DNA of 64,000 bases. Origin: Candidatus Sulfomarinibacteraceae bacterium (GTDB lineage Bacteria; Acidobacteriota; Thermoanaerobaculia; Thermoanaerobaculales; Sulfomarinibacteraceae). Below, piece by piece: positions 48,189-57,329 of the stretch. Position 1 is the stretch's first letter, and each line of letters starts with the position of its first letter. The notes beneath the pieces are model-generated. The model was not told the origin of the DNA. It made no database searches and saw only the letters and a list, made by a program, of their open reading frames with translations. The position numbers and the translations under genes are program-made. The stretch spans positions 6,613 to 70,612 of the forward strand of contig JBFELO010000006.1 in assembly GCA_041552055.1 (NCBI GenBank), given 5' to 3'.

Positions 48189-49951
48189 CTCTGAGGAGTG
48201 GGCAGTCACCGCGGCCCGGAAATGATCCGCCGTTTCGAGCGCGCTGGCAGCCGCTGCGAGTGGGAGCAGTCGCTGGTCGCTGGTCGCTGGTCGCTGGGCT
48301 ACTCTCAGGGGCGTTGTGCGCCGTGGTGGCGGCGCAAGAGGGGACCATCGGGGGCTACCCGCCCGACGAGGCGCTGGAGCTCGGCGAGCGCATGTACCGC
48401 GAGGGCCTGCTGCCATCCGGCGAGCCGATGCGCGCCTTCGTGTCCGAGGACATCGAGGTCGACGGCACCATGTTCAGCTGTGAGAGCTGCCACCTGCGCA
48501 GCGGCATGGGCTCGATCGAGGGCACGGTAATCACCTACCCGACCTGCGGCTCGTGGCTGTTCAAACCGCTGCAGGGCGCCGAGATGAAGCCGCTGTCCCA
48601 GGAGCGGGTGCCCGACCGCCTCGACCCGCCGCCGTTCCGGCCGTCCTACACCGCCTCCACCCTGTCGCGCGCGATCCGGCTCGGCAGGGATCCCAACGGC
48701 CGCACCCTGAACTACGTGATGCCGCGATACTCCCTGTCGAGCGCCGACACGGAGGTCCTGATTCACTACCCGAAGAACCTGTCGGCCGAGTTCTCCCCCG
48801 GGGTGGACGACACGACCCTGCGCTTCGCCACGGTGGTCAGCCACGACGTCGACCCCGAGGACCGAGAGGCGATGGTCGCGACGCTGGAGGCCCACGTCCG
48901 CGACCACAACAGCCAGAGCCGGCACGAGGAGCGCCGCGCCAGGGGAGGGCCGTTCTACAAGGAGGAGAAGTACGCTCCCTACCGGAGGTACGCTCTGTCG
49001 GTGTGGCAGCTCGACGGTGCACCGGAGACCTGGGGCGACCAGCTCGAGGCGCACTATCGGGAGGAGCCGGTGTTCGCCCTGCTCGGCGGCATCGCGACCG
49101 GCGAGTGGGCACCCATCCACGAGTTCTGCGAGCGCAACCGGATCCCGAACCTGTTTCCGCTGACCGAGTACCCGGTAATCTCCGACACAGACTGGTACAC
49201 CCTGTATCTCGACAAGGGTCACTACAAGGAGGGCGAGACAGCCGCTCGGTACATTCGACGGTCGGACGCGATTCCGGTCGATGCGCCGGTCGTCCAGGTA
49301 TTCAGGGACGAGCCGTCGGCGCGGATGTGCGTGCGCGGATTCGCCGACGCTCGATCCAAAATGCGGCTGACCGCCGCTGGTGAAGTCGAGCTGGGTGCCG
49401 ACGACGCGGCCGATGCGCAGTTGTGGCGTCGGCTGGCAGAGGAACATCCGGGCGCGGTGTTCGCGCTGTGGCTCGGCGAGGACATTCTCACCATGCTCGG
49501 TGAGCTGTCGTCGGCCGATCCCCCCCCGCCGGCGGTCTTCGTGTCGGCGAGCTTGGTCGGGGACGGGCTGGGCTCGCTCGCAAAAGAGGCACGTCCATTC
49601 ACGTACATCACCCATTCAGCGTCGATCCCGGCCGACGAGGAGCGCACGCGCCTCGCCGTGAAGCGATGGCTGCAGGCGCGGAAAGTACCGGAAATCAATT
49701 TCGACCTACAGTCCAAGATGTACTTCCTTGGCTGGACTCTTGCCGGCATGGTCAAGATGATGCGCGACGACTTCTACCGCGACTACTTCTTCGACATCGC
49801 CGACATGATGCGGGACCAGTACTACTCGATCGCGGTCTACCCCCGCCTCAGCTTCGGCCCGGGCCAGCGCTACGCCTCCAAGGGCTGCTATGTCGTGCAG
49901 CTGACCGAGGACGGCACCTTGGAGAAGGTCAGCAACTGGGTGGTGCATTGA
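48185..49951 (+). CDS. Exported mono-haem cytochrome c domain fused to a large periplasmic solute-binding-like domain
   Basis: ERMYREGLLPSGEPMRAFV...FSCESCHLRSGMGSIEG, followed by about 430 aa that look alpha/beta. ATGA overlap with the SCO1 stop. The identity of the C-terminal domain is uncertain. Confidence 0.65.
   Translation: MTLRSGQSPRPGNDPPFRARWQPLRVGAVAGRWSLVAGLLSGALCAVVAAQEGTIGGYPPDEALELGERMYREGLLPSGEPMRAFVSEDIEVDGTMFSCESCHLRSGMGSIEGTVITYPTCGSWLFKPLQGAEMKPLSQERVPDRLDPPPFRPSYTASTLSRAIRLGRDPNGRTLNYVMPRYSLSSADTEVLIHYPKNLSAEFSPGVDDTTLRFATVVSHDVDPEDREAMVATLEAHVRDHNSQSRHEERRARGGPFYKEEKYAPYRRYALSVWQLDGAPETWGDQLEAHYREEPVFALLGGIATGEWAPIHEFCERNRIPNLFPLTEYPVISDTDWYTLYLDKGHYKEGETAARYIRRSDAIPVDAPVVQVFRDEPSARMCVRGFADARSKMRLTAAGEVELGADDAADAQLWRRLAEEHPGAVFALWLGEDILTMLGELSSADPPPPAVFVSASLVGDGLGSLAKEARPFTYITHSASIPADEERTRLAVKRWLQARKVPEINFDLQSKMYFLGWTLAGMVKMMRDDFYRDYFFDIADMMRDQYYSIAVYPRLSFGPGQRYASKGCYVVQLTEDGTLEKVSNWVVH
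48269..48296. repeat. Heptamer tandem array (GTCGCTG)x4 inside the signal-peptide coding region of the 48185 gene
   Basis: Read directly from the sequence. The same word occurs as a module of the intergenic repeats, for example at 370-385, 24455-24470 and 50970-50985. Confidence 0.9.
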
Positions 49952-50095
49952 GGGCGTGAGGGCTTGGCCGCCCGGCACTCATGCATGAGTGCCGGGCTGG
50001 GCTTGAGGGCTTGGGGGGTTCTCCGATACCTGATCCGGTGAAGCCCTCATGCCCGCAAGCCCGCACGCCCCCAGGCCCTGGTTGGTAGCGTGGGC

Positions 50096-50803
50096 CTAAC
50101 TCGCCTGCCTCGTCAGCACGCTCCGCAGCCGTGACTGGTCCGAGTCGGAGAACGACACGAAGCGGGCGCCGATGCCTTCGACGCGCTCGCGCCGGGGATC
50201 GGTGGTGCGCGCGACGCACGCCCGGCCGCGAATCGGCACCTCGTCGCCCGGCACCGCCATCGCGAAGCTCAGGGTCGCGCCGACAGGGAGCACCGCCGCG
50301 CGCGAGCAGTTCACGAGCATGCCCGACAGCGACACGTTCTCGGTCAGGCACGCCGCGGTCAGCGGGGAGCCGTGGAGCTCGGCGGTGACCTTGACCGGCG
50401 TCCGGAGCTCGAACCGGCGAGCCACGTCGAGCAGGGAGAGCACGGTGTCCTGCCACAGCTCCTGCGACTTGTCGATGGACACGACGTGGTTGACGCCGCG
50501 TCCGATGAGGCGGCGCGCCTCGGCCATCGACGCGGGCCCGGCGAACAGCACGATCGCGGCGTGGCGACTCAAGGATGAGGGCGACCGGTACTCCTCGACA
50601 CAGGCACGAATTCGGGATCCGTCCTCCGGACAGCCGGCGAGGATCAGGTCGAGCTCGGTGCGGGTGATCACGGATGGTGTGTGGTCGCCCCAGGGGAGGC
50701 GGATGAAGTCGACGTCGAACGCACCGAGCAGCAGCACGAGCTGTCGCGCCAGCTCGTCGCCGAGCCCGAGGAGTGCAACGTGATGCCGGGTGGATTCCGT
50801 CAT
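50096..50803 (-). CDS. PilZ-domain protein with an N-terminal receiver-like domain
   Basis: The C-terminal text LTENVSLSGMLV...VARTTDPRRERVEGIGARFVSF is typical of PilZ. The N-terminal half has a flavodoxin-like alternation. Confidence 0.6.
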   Translation of the reverse strand: MTESTRHHVALLGLGDELARQLVLLLGAFDVDFIRLPWGDHTPSVITRTELDLILAGCPEDGSRIRACVEEYRSPSSLSRHAAIVLFAGPASMAEARRLIGRGVNHVVSIDKSQELWQDTVLSLLDVARRFELRTPVKVTAELHGSPLTAACLTENVSLSGMLVNCSRAAVLPVGATLSFAMAVPGDEVPIRGRACVARTTDPRRERVEGIGARFVSFSDSDQSRLRSVLTRQAS

Positions 50804-51109
50804 AATTGATACCCGCTGTCAGATAGTACCCGCTTCAACGCGATCGAGACACCCCATCCGTCATGAACCTTGTAGCACCAACCGGATCCGGGTCTGAAGA
50901 GATCCGGGTCACATTCTTCCCCTCGTTCCCGTTCCCGTTCCCGATCCCCGGTCGCCCCGAGGACATGTCGCTGGTCGCTGGACCGCCCACCCGCTCGCAG
51001 GCGCGTGGCCCACTGCGCGCCGGTATGTCTCGATGGGGATGACCGGAGCAGCATCATCGCGCCGTCGGGGCCTGCCGATCGCGTCGATCGTCTGACACCC
51101 GAGGCGCCC

Positions 51110-51240
51110 TCTCCCCGGTGCGCTCCCCGTGGGAGCCCGGCATGACGTTTCGAGGACTGAACGCCACACGTTACCCACAACGTTGGTGGACCTCGAAACG
51201 TCATGCCCGGCACGCCCGCAGGAGGCGCGGTCATCGCCCT
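51110..51240. repeat. Composite intergenic repeat, hairpin copy with a different stem word (arms 51136-51154 / 51190-51209, ggcatgacgtttcgagg)
   Basis: Inverted repeat. The flanks gcgccctctccccggtgcgctcccc and ggcacgcccgcagg are shared with the other copies. Confidence 0.8.
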
Positions 51241-51289
51241 GCTGTTCGCGTTGACCATCTAACACCCGAGGCGCCCTCTCCCCAGCGCC

Positions 51290-51440
51290 CTCCCCGTGTG
51301 TGCCCCCCTTGACAATGTTGGGCAGCGGCCCGCCTCCCCCGTTTCGGCGACGGTGCCCCCAACATTGTCAAGAACGGCACCCCGCAGATCGCGCTGTCGT
51401 CCGCCCGCCGTTCGCGTCAATCGTCCGACACCCGAGGGGC
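51290..51440. repeat. Composite intergenic repeat, hairpin copy in inverted orientation (arms 51311-51322 / 51358-51369)
   Basis: gacaatgttggg ... cccaacattgtc, with the flank aacggcaccccgcagat. Confidence 0.85.
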
Positions 51441-51497
51441 GCTCTCCCGACGTTCCTCCCGCAAGCCCTCGAGCCCCCAAGCCAACACGTCCCTCCC

Positions 51498-51524
51498 GAG
51501 TGTCTCAAGTGTCTCAGTGTCTCA
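51498..51524. repeat. Octamer array GTGTCTCA x3
   Basis: Read directly from the sequence. It is the mirror of 42824-42850 relative to its promoter. Confidence 0.85.
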
Positions 51525-51775
51525 ATCGGCCCGTGCAACAGCCCCGACACGACCGTCCCGGCCCAGCCTGAATGTTAATAAATGGTACACCGAAGTAAGT
51601 TAGCCGGAGGTGCTGTGTTCGATCCGGACGCGTTTGGCGGCTCGTGGACGCGTCCCGGGCGTGTCTCAGGACCATTGTGAGACAGTTCCGGGCCCGGCGA
51701 TTGTGTTGTGTGTGAATGGCAGTAAATCATTGCGCCAAAAAAACTTCAGAATTCGTCCCGGCCCCGGCACAAAGG

Positions 51776-51791
51776 TGGCACGGACATTGCT
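51776..51791 (+). promoter_or_regulatory. Sigma54 (-24/-12) promoter TGGCACGgacaTTGCT
   Basis: Exact match to TGGCACG-N4-TTGCW. It lies 57 nt upstream of GTG 51847, with an A7 tract at 51737-51743. Confidence 0.7.
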
Positions 51792-51846
51792 TTAACGTGG
51801 CGCATAGCCACGGATGATGGCCGGAACGATCGGATCGAGGTGATTC

Positions 51847-52113
51847 GTGAGATGCGACGAACATGTGCAGCGTGCACTCAGGCTCACAACCGAACTCCTC
51901 GATCTCGCCAACGAGGAGCGTGAGGAATGCAACCACGACCACTGCCTGCTGCTCGACGGCATCGTGCGCGACTGCGCGATGGCGATCCGCACGCAGGCGC
52001 TCCAGTCGGTCCTGGAACTGACGGACGCAGAGGAAAGGAGAGGGAAGAACGATGTTGACGACGCCATGTCCCCGGCCCGCCGGGCCGGCATCACACCACC
52101 GAAACGAGGGTAA
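51847..52113 (+). CDS. Small helical Cys/His-rich protein (ECNHDHC), unknown function
   Basis: The GTG follows GAGGTGA. 88 aa. Third-position GC looks coding-like. Confidence 0.4.
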   Translation: MRCDEHVQRALRLTTELLDLANEEREECNHDHCLLLDGIVRDCAMAIRTQALQSVLELTDAEERRGKNDVDDAMSPARRAGITPPKRG

Positions 52114-52158
52114 CGAGAGGAAAAGGAGCAACCTGATGGAACAGAGGGAGGACTCTCC

Positions 52159-55100
52159 ATGAACACGGATGTCACATCGCGTATTCGACCCGCGCGCGGG
52201 GCGCACCTCAAGCTGCTGCTCGGGGTGCTCTGCGTCGCCGTGCTGGCGGCGACACCGGCCGGCGCGCAGACCATCAAACTTGTGAATGGCGAAACCGGGG
52301 CGGACATCACCGGAACCGTCGGTTACAAGTGGACCCTCGAGCGGGACACCACCTACCACGTCGTGCCCGGACAGCCGGACTCGACCACCCCGACGCAGGC
52401 GGTGGACTTCCACGTCAGCTACTACCCGGTGGTCGCCCAGGGGTGCGTCGGTGCGTGGTGCGAATCCGTGCTCGCTCCGAGCGTGCCGGACGACACCCTG
52501 CACTACTTCCTGTCGGTGTTGCCCGAGAGCGGCTACACCATCGGCGGCGCGCAGATCGCGCCCGGACAGACCGATGTCACGGTCTACCTGAACCCGTGGC
52601 CGATCCCCACCGCGCAGATCAGCCTGTTCGTCTTCGAGGACAACTTCCCGATCAACAACGCGCCCGATCTGCCCGAGGAGTTGGGCATCGAAGGCTGGCA
52701 GGTCGTGGTCGAGGACGCGGGCGGCCGCTACGGCGCGTCCGCGGGCCAGAACATCATGGACGCGTTCGGCAACCCGCTCGGCACCACCTACGTGGACGGC
52801 TGCAACCCGTACGACCAGCTCTGCAGCCCATGGGACCCGACGTGCATACCGGAGACAGGGTCCTGCGTCGACACCCTCGGCACAGGGATGCTCTACACCG
52901 GACCGGGCGGCCGGCTGACCATCAAGAACCTGGCGCCGGGCAAGTACGGCATCATCGTGGTCCCGCCCGCCGGCCAGGGCTGGCAGCAGACCTCCACCAT
53001 CGAGGGGACCAAGGTGATCGACGCCTGGGTCAAGGCCCGCGAGCCGGAGTTCTTCGCCGAGTTCGGTCCGCCGGGACCGCACGTGTTCATCGGCTTCACC
53101 CGGACCTACGACTGCTTCAACGGTCCGTTCGACGCCCCGACGTGTGAGGGTGTAGCTGCCGGCGGCAACACCATCTCCGGCCAGATCACCAATTTGCACA
53201 TCTCGCGGCCACCCGCCACCCAGTTCTTCGGCGGCGCCCCGATCGGCCACACCACGGCGTGGGTCGCGCTCAACGACCTCAGTGCGCCGCCCAAAGGCAA
53301 GACGGTGTTCGCCGGACCGACCGGAGACGAAGGCCTCTTCTCCATCGCCGGCGTGCCTGACGGCAGCTACGAGCTCGTGGCCTTCGACAACAACCAGGAC
53401 GTCATCATCGGCTTCGTGCCCATCACGATCGGTCCCCCCGGCACGGTGCCACCACCGACGTGCGAAACCGGGGTGCCCTGCGATCTCGGCGAGGTGCCGG
53501 TCCGCCAGTGGTTCACGCGGCTCGAGAACTTCGTGTTCTACGACGACGACGGCAACGGCTACTGGGATTCCGGTGAGAGCGGCCTGCTCGAGCAGAACGT
53601 CAACGTGCGCTGGCGCGACGGCACCATCAACCAGGCGGCGGCCACCGACGGCGACGGCTTCGTGCCGTTCGACGAGGTGTTCCCGTTCTTCGCCTGGTTG
53701 GTGGCCGAGGTCGACTTCGCCCGCTTCAAGGCCACCGGCGCCACCGTGATCGTGGACGACGGCGGGGAAATCCCCACGTATACCGAGAACCTGAACTGGC
53801 CCGCCGACCCGGCCGCGGATCCCACCGTGGGCGGGCAGCTCAACCCGCAGCTGCAGCCGGACAACGGAGAGGCGCCCTACCGGATCGAGGAAGGCACGGT
53901 GCTCACCCAGGGCTTCCAGGGCTTTCTCGGCCAGACCAGCGCCATCTACTGGGGCAAGCAGGCCTGGGGTGCCAACGAGAACGGCGGCATCTCGGGCATG
54001 GTCTACTACGCCGTCACCCGCGCCGAGGACGACCCGCGCTGGGCCGCGGCCGAGGTGTGGGAGCCGGGTATCCCCGGGGTCACGCTGAATCTCTATACGG
54101 ATTACGACCTCGACGGCCTTCCCGATAACGGCGCAATCATGACGACCGTGACCGACAGCTGGGACGCCGACAAGCCGACCGGTTGCGTGTACCACGGAGA
54201 TCAGGTGTACGTCTTCGATCCGGACGGTAGCGGGTCTCAGCCCGCGCTTACTACCGACTGCTTCGACGGCCTGCGGGTCTTCAACCAGGTGCGGCCGGGC
54301 GTGTTCGATGGCGGCTACGCCTTCGGACCCGAGATCGACTGCACGGATCCAGGATTCCTGGGTGACTGCACCCTACACACCAACGTCGGCGCCGACCTCA
54401 ACAACTATCTCAAGCCCGGCGGCTACATCGTCGAGGCGATCACGCCGGACGGCTACACCCTGGTCAAGGAGGAGGACCGCAACGTCGACTTCGGCGACGA
54501 GTACGTGCCGAGCGGCCTGCTCACCCCGCCGGAGTGCGTGGGTGCCATGCGGACGGTGCCGGCCGACCTGACCCTGTTCCCGGGCGTCGAGGTCGGCTCC
54601 GGCTTCGGCGGCACTTCTCGCCCGCTGTGCGACAAGAAGCAGGTGCTGCTGTCCGGCGGCGCCAACGCGGCGGCCGAGTTCTTCTACTTCACCGAGGCGT
54701 CGATCGCCGGCCACATCGTCGGCTTCATCCTCGACGACACCGCCAACGAGTTCGACCCCCGGTCGCCGCAGTTCGGCGAGAAGTACGCGCCGCCGTGGCT
54801 GCCGGTGTCGATCCGTGACTTCAACGACAACGAGGTGGCGCGCATCTACTCGGACCAGTTCGGCCGCTACAACGTGCCGGTGCCGTCCACCTTCACGGCC
54901 AACCTGCCGATGCCGAGCGGCATGTCGCCGAACATGCTCACGGCGTGCATGAACCACGCGGTCGCGCCCGACCCGGTCACGGGAGGGTTCAAGATCGACG
55001 ACTGGTTCAACGAGCAGTACAGCCAGTTCTGCTACACCTTCCAGTACATGCCGGGCGCCACCACCTACCTCGACACCCCGGTGGTGCCGGCGGCGGCCTT

Positions 55101-57300
55101 TGCCGGACCGGACCGGTTCCCGCTCGACTGCGAGCTGCCGGACGCCACACCGATGATCCACTCGGTGAACGGCCCGGCGAACCAGGGGCCGGTGGCCAAC
55201 AGCGACGAGACCTTGACCATCCAATCGATGGGAACGGTCGATGTCCCGAACCCCGACTTCTGCGACCCGGCGGCGATCGCCGAGTGTCCGCTGGGATCGT
55301 CTCCGGACCGGAACATCCCCCGGGACTACGGCTTCGGTGAAGGTGCCACGGCGACGCTGGGTGGAGTGCCGCTCATCTGTGACGGGGACACGAACACCAT
55401 CAGCTGTACGGTGCTGGGAATCGGTGCCGGTGCCCACCAGCTGCTGGTCACCCGGGCGGGCGGTGCGACCACCGAGGTCGGCGTCACGGTCACGGTCGGT
55501 GAGACCGCGGCGGCGGTTGTGCCGACGGGTGGCTCGATCCAGGCCGCCATCGACGCCGCATCTCCCGGCGATCTGATCACCGTCGAGCCCGGGCTGTACC
55601 AGGAGATGGTCATCATGTGGAAGCCGGTCCGGCTCCAGGGATGGGGCGCGGGCTCGGTGCTCATCAACGCCATCAACACCCCGAACGAGAAGCTGCAGCT
55701 GTGGCGCGACAAGATCGCCGAGCTGGAGGCAGCCGGCGAGTTCGACCTGCTGCCCGGCCAGGAGGCCGGCGCGGGCGTCGGCTTCGAGCCCGCCACCCTG
55801 GGCACCGAGCAGGCGCCGGCGATCATCGTGCTCGGCAAGCGCAACGGTGCAGCCACATACGACAAGCACGCGGCGCGCATCGACGGCCTCGGCATGTTCG
55901 GCTCGAGCACCGGCGGCGGCGTGCTGGTCAACGGCTACGGCAAGACCCTGCAGGTCTCCAACAACCGGATCGAGAACAACACCGGCTTCTACGGCGGTGG
56001 CGTCCGCCTCGGCTACCCGCTCCTGACCGAGTTCCAGGGCCAGCCGGGCTACACCGACGCCGAGAACTCCGACATCGCGATCCACCACAACCAGATCCTG
56101 CGCAACTCCAGCCTCGAGGCCGGCGGCGGGATCGCACTCTACACCGGCAGCGACGGCTACCAGGTGTACGACAACTACATCTGCGGCAACTTCGCAGCCG
56201 GTGACGGCGCCGGCATCGGCCACGTCGGACTGTCCGACGGCGGCCGGATCGCCGACAACACCATCAACTTCAACGAAAACTTCAACCAGGGCCAGGCCAT
56301 CCACGGCGGCGGCATCCTGATCGGCGGCTCGGCCCCGATCGCTGTCGGCGAGTTCACCGAGGGCGCTGGCAACGTGGCGGTCGAGCGCAACCTGATCCTG
56401 GGCAACATGGCCGGTGCCGGCGACGGCGGCGGCATCGCGCTCAGGCAGGTCAACGGCCAGGAGGTCCGCGTCACGGGCTCGCTGCTCCAGGGCTTCACCA
56501 TCGACATCTTCAACAACACCATCGCCAACAACATCGCGGGCACGGCCGGCGGCGGCATCTCGCTCGCGGATGCGGCGCTGGTCAACATCCACCACAACAC
56601 CCTGTTCCGCAACGACAGCACCGCGACCACCGCGGCGGTGTGGGATACCATCGCGAAGGTCTCGACACCGCAACCGGCCGGGATCATGTCCTACCCCCAC
56701 AGCGCGCTGCTCGCGGCCGAGACCGGGCAGACCTTCTCCGACCCGGACCTGCGCAACAGCATCGTGATGGAGAACCGGTCGTTCTCCGTGGACGCCAATT
56801 CGGGCGACTTCCTAATCGTTCCGGACGTCACCACCGACCCCGAGGTCTTCGACGACCTCGGAACGCTCACCTGCGACGAGGGCTGCCTGCTCACGTCTGG
56901 GGCCGTCCCGTCGTTGCTGTTCGTCGCGCCGGCCAAGAACACCGGCCGCGCCGAGATCGGTTTGCCCGAGGGAACCACCGGACTGCAGATCTCGGTGGCG
57001 CCCGACGAGGGCGGCAACTTCATCCGGGTGATCTTCGGTCTCAGGCCGTACGATGCTCCGGATGCCAACCCGCTGCTCAGCAACATCGCCGACTACCACC
57101 TGCTGGTGGACAACCTGGCGGCGGTGGATGCGGCCGCTGACGTAGGCGTTGTCGACGACATCGACGGCGGGGCCCGTCCGGCAGGCGCCGGGTTCGACAT
57201 CGGCTCCGACGAGGTCGATTCGCCGGCTGCGGTCGCCGCTCCTGCCGGAGCGGGCGTGCGGGCCGTCGCCAAAGGCCGCCGCGTCGGCGGGGGGAGCTGA
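52159..57300 (+). CDS. 1713-aa secreted protein: N-terminal beta-sandwich-rich region plus a C-terminal NosD/CASH-like right-handed beta-helix
   Basis: Signal peptide LKLLLGVLCVAVLAATPAGAQ. The helix entry is GGSIQAAIDAASPGDLITVEPGLYQE. Periodic turns follow: NNRIENNTG, HHNQILRNSS, DNYICGNFA, ADNTINFNEN, ERNLILGNMAG, FNNTIANNIAG and HHNTLFRNDS. Confidence 0.85.
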   Translation: MNTDVTSRIRPARGAHLKLLLGVLCVAVLAATPAGAQTIKLVNGETGADITGTVGYKWTLERDTTYHVVPGQPDSTTPTQAVDFHVSYYPVVAQGCVGAWCESVLAPSVPDDTLHYFLSVLPESGYTIGGAQIAPGQTDVTVYLNPWPIPTAQISLFVFEDNFPINNAPDLPEELGIEGWQVVVEDAGGRYGASAGQNIMDAFGNPLGTTYVDGCNPYDQLCSPWDPTCIPETGSCVDTLGTGMLYTGPGGRLTIKNLAPGKYGIIVVPPAGQGWQQTSTIEGTKVIDAWVKAREPEFFAEFGPPGPHVFIGFTRTYDCFNGPFDAPTCEGVAAGGNTISGQITNLHISRPPATQFFGGAPIGHTTAWVALNDLSAPPKGKTVFAGPTGDEGLFSIAGVPDGSYELVAFDNNQDVIIGFVPITIGPPGTVPPPTCETGVPCDLGEVPVRQWFTRLENFVFYDDDGNGYWDSGESGLLEQNVNVRWRDGTINQAAATDGDGFVPFDEVFPFFAWLVAEVDFARFKATGATVIVDDGGEIPTYTENLNWPADPAADPTVGGQLNPQLQPDNGEAPYRIEEGTVLTQGFQGFLGQTSAIYWGKQAWGANENGGISGMVYYAVTRAEDDPRWAAAEVWEPGIPGVTLNLYTDYDLDGLPDNGAIMTTVTDSWDADKPTGCVYHGDQVYVFDPDGSGSQPALTTDCFDGLRVFNQVRPGVFDGGYAFGPEIDCTDPGFLGDCTLHTNVGADLNNYLKPGGYIVEAITPDGYTLVKEEDRNVDFGDEYVPSGLLTPPECVGAMRTVPADLTLFPGVEVGSGFGGTSRPLCDKKQVLLSGGANAAAEFFYFTEASIAGHIVGFILDDTANEFDPRSPQFGEKYAPPWLPVSIRDFNDNEVARIYSDQFGRYNVPVPSTFTANLPMPSGMSPNMLTACMNHAVAPDPVTGGFKIDDWFNEQYSQFCYTFQYMPGATTYLDTPVVPAAAFAGPDRFPLDCELPDATPMIHSVNGPANQGPVANSDETLTIQSMGTVDVPNPDFCDPAAIAECPLGSSPDRNIPRDYGFGEGATATLGGVPLICDGDTNTISCTVLGIGAGAHQLLVTRAGGATTEVGVTVTVGETAAAVVPTGGSIQAAIDAASPGDLITVEPGLYQEMVIMWKPVRLQGWGAGSVLINAINTPNEKLQLWRDKIAELEAAGEFDLLPGQEAGAGVGFEPATLGTEQAPAIIVLGKRNGAATYDKHAARIDGLGMFGSSTGGGVLVNGYGKTLQVSNNRIENNTGFYGGGVRLGYPLLTEFQGQPGYTDAENSDIAIHHNQILRNSSLEAGGGIALYTGSDGYQVYDNYICGNFAAGDGAGIGHVGLSDGGRIADNTINFNENFNQGQAIHGGGILIGGSAPIAVGEFTEGAGNVAVERNLILGNMAGAGDGGGIALRQVNGQEVRVTGSLLQGFTIDIFNNTIANNIAGTAGGGISLADAALVNIHHNTLFRNDSTATTAAVWDTIAKVSTPQPAGIMSYPHSALLAAETGQTFSDPDLRNSIVMENRSFSVDANSGDFLIVPDVTTDPEVFDDLGTLTCDEGCLLTSGAVPSLLFVAPAKNTGRAEIGLPEGTTGLQISVAPDEGGNFIRVIFGLRPYDAPDANPLLSNIADYHLLVDNLAAVDAAADVGVVDDIDGGARPAGAGFDIGSDEVDSPAAVAAPAGAGVRAVAKGRRVGGGS

Positions 57301-57329
57301 CCATGACCATTCAGACAAAGGAGCGAGCC

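Noticed and set aside
51611-51640. tRNA-like GTTCGATCC T-loop-like string
   Set aside because: I could not draw a complementary T-stem, acceptor stem or anticodon arm around it.
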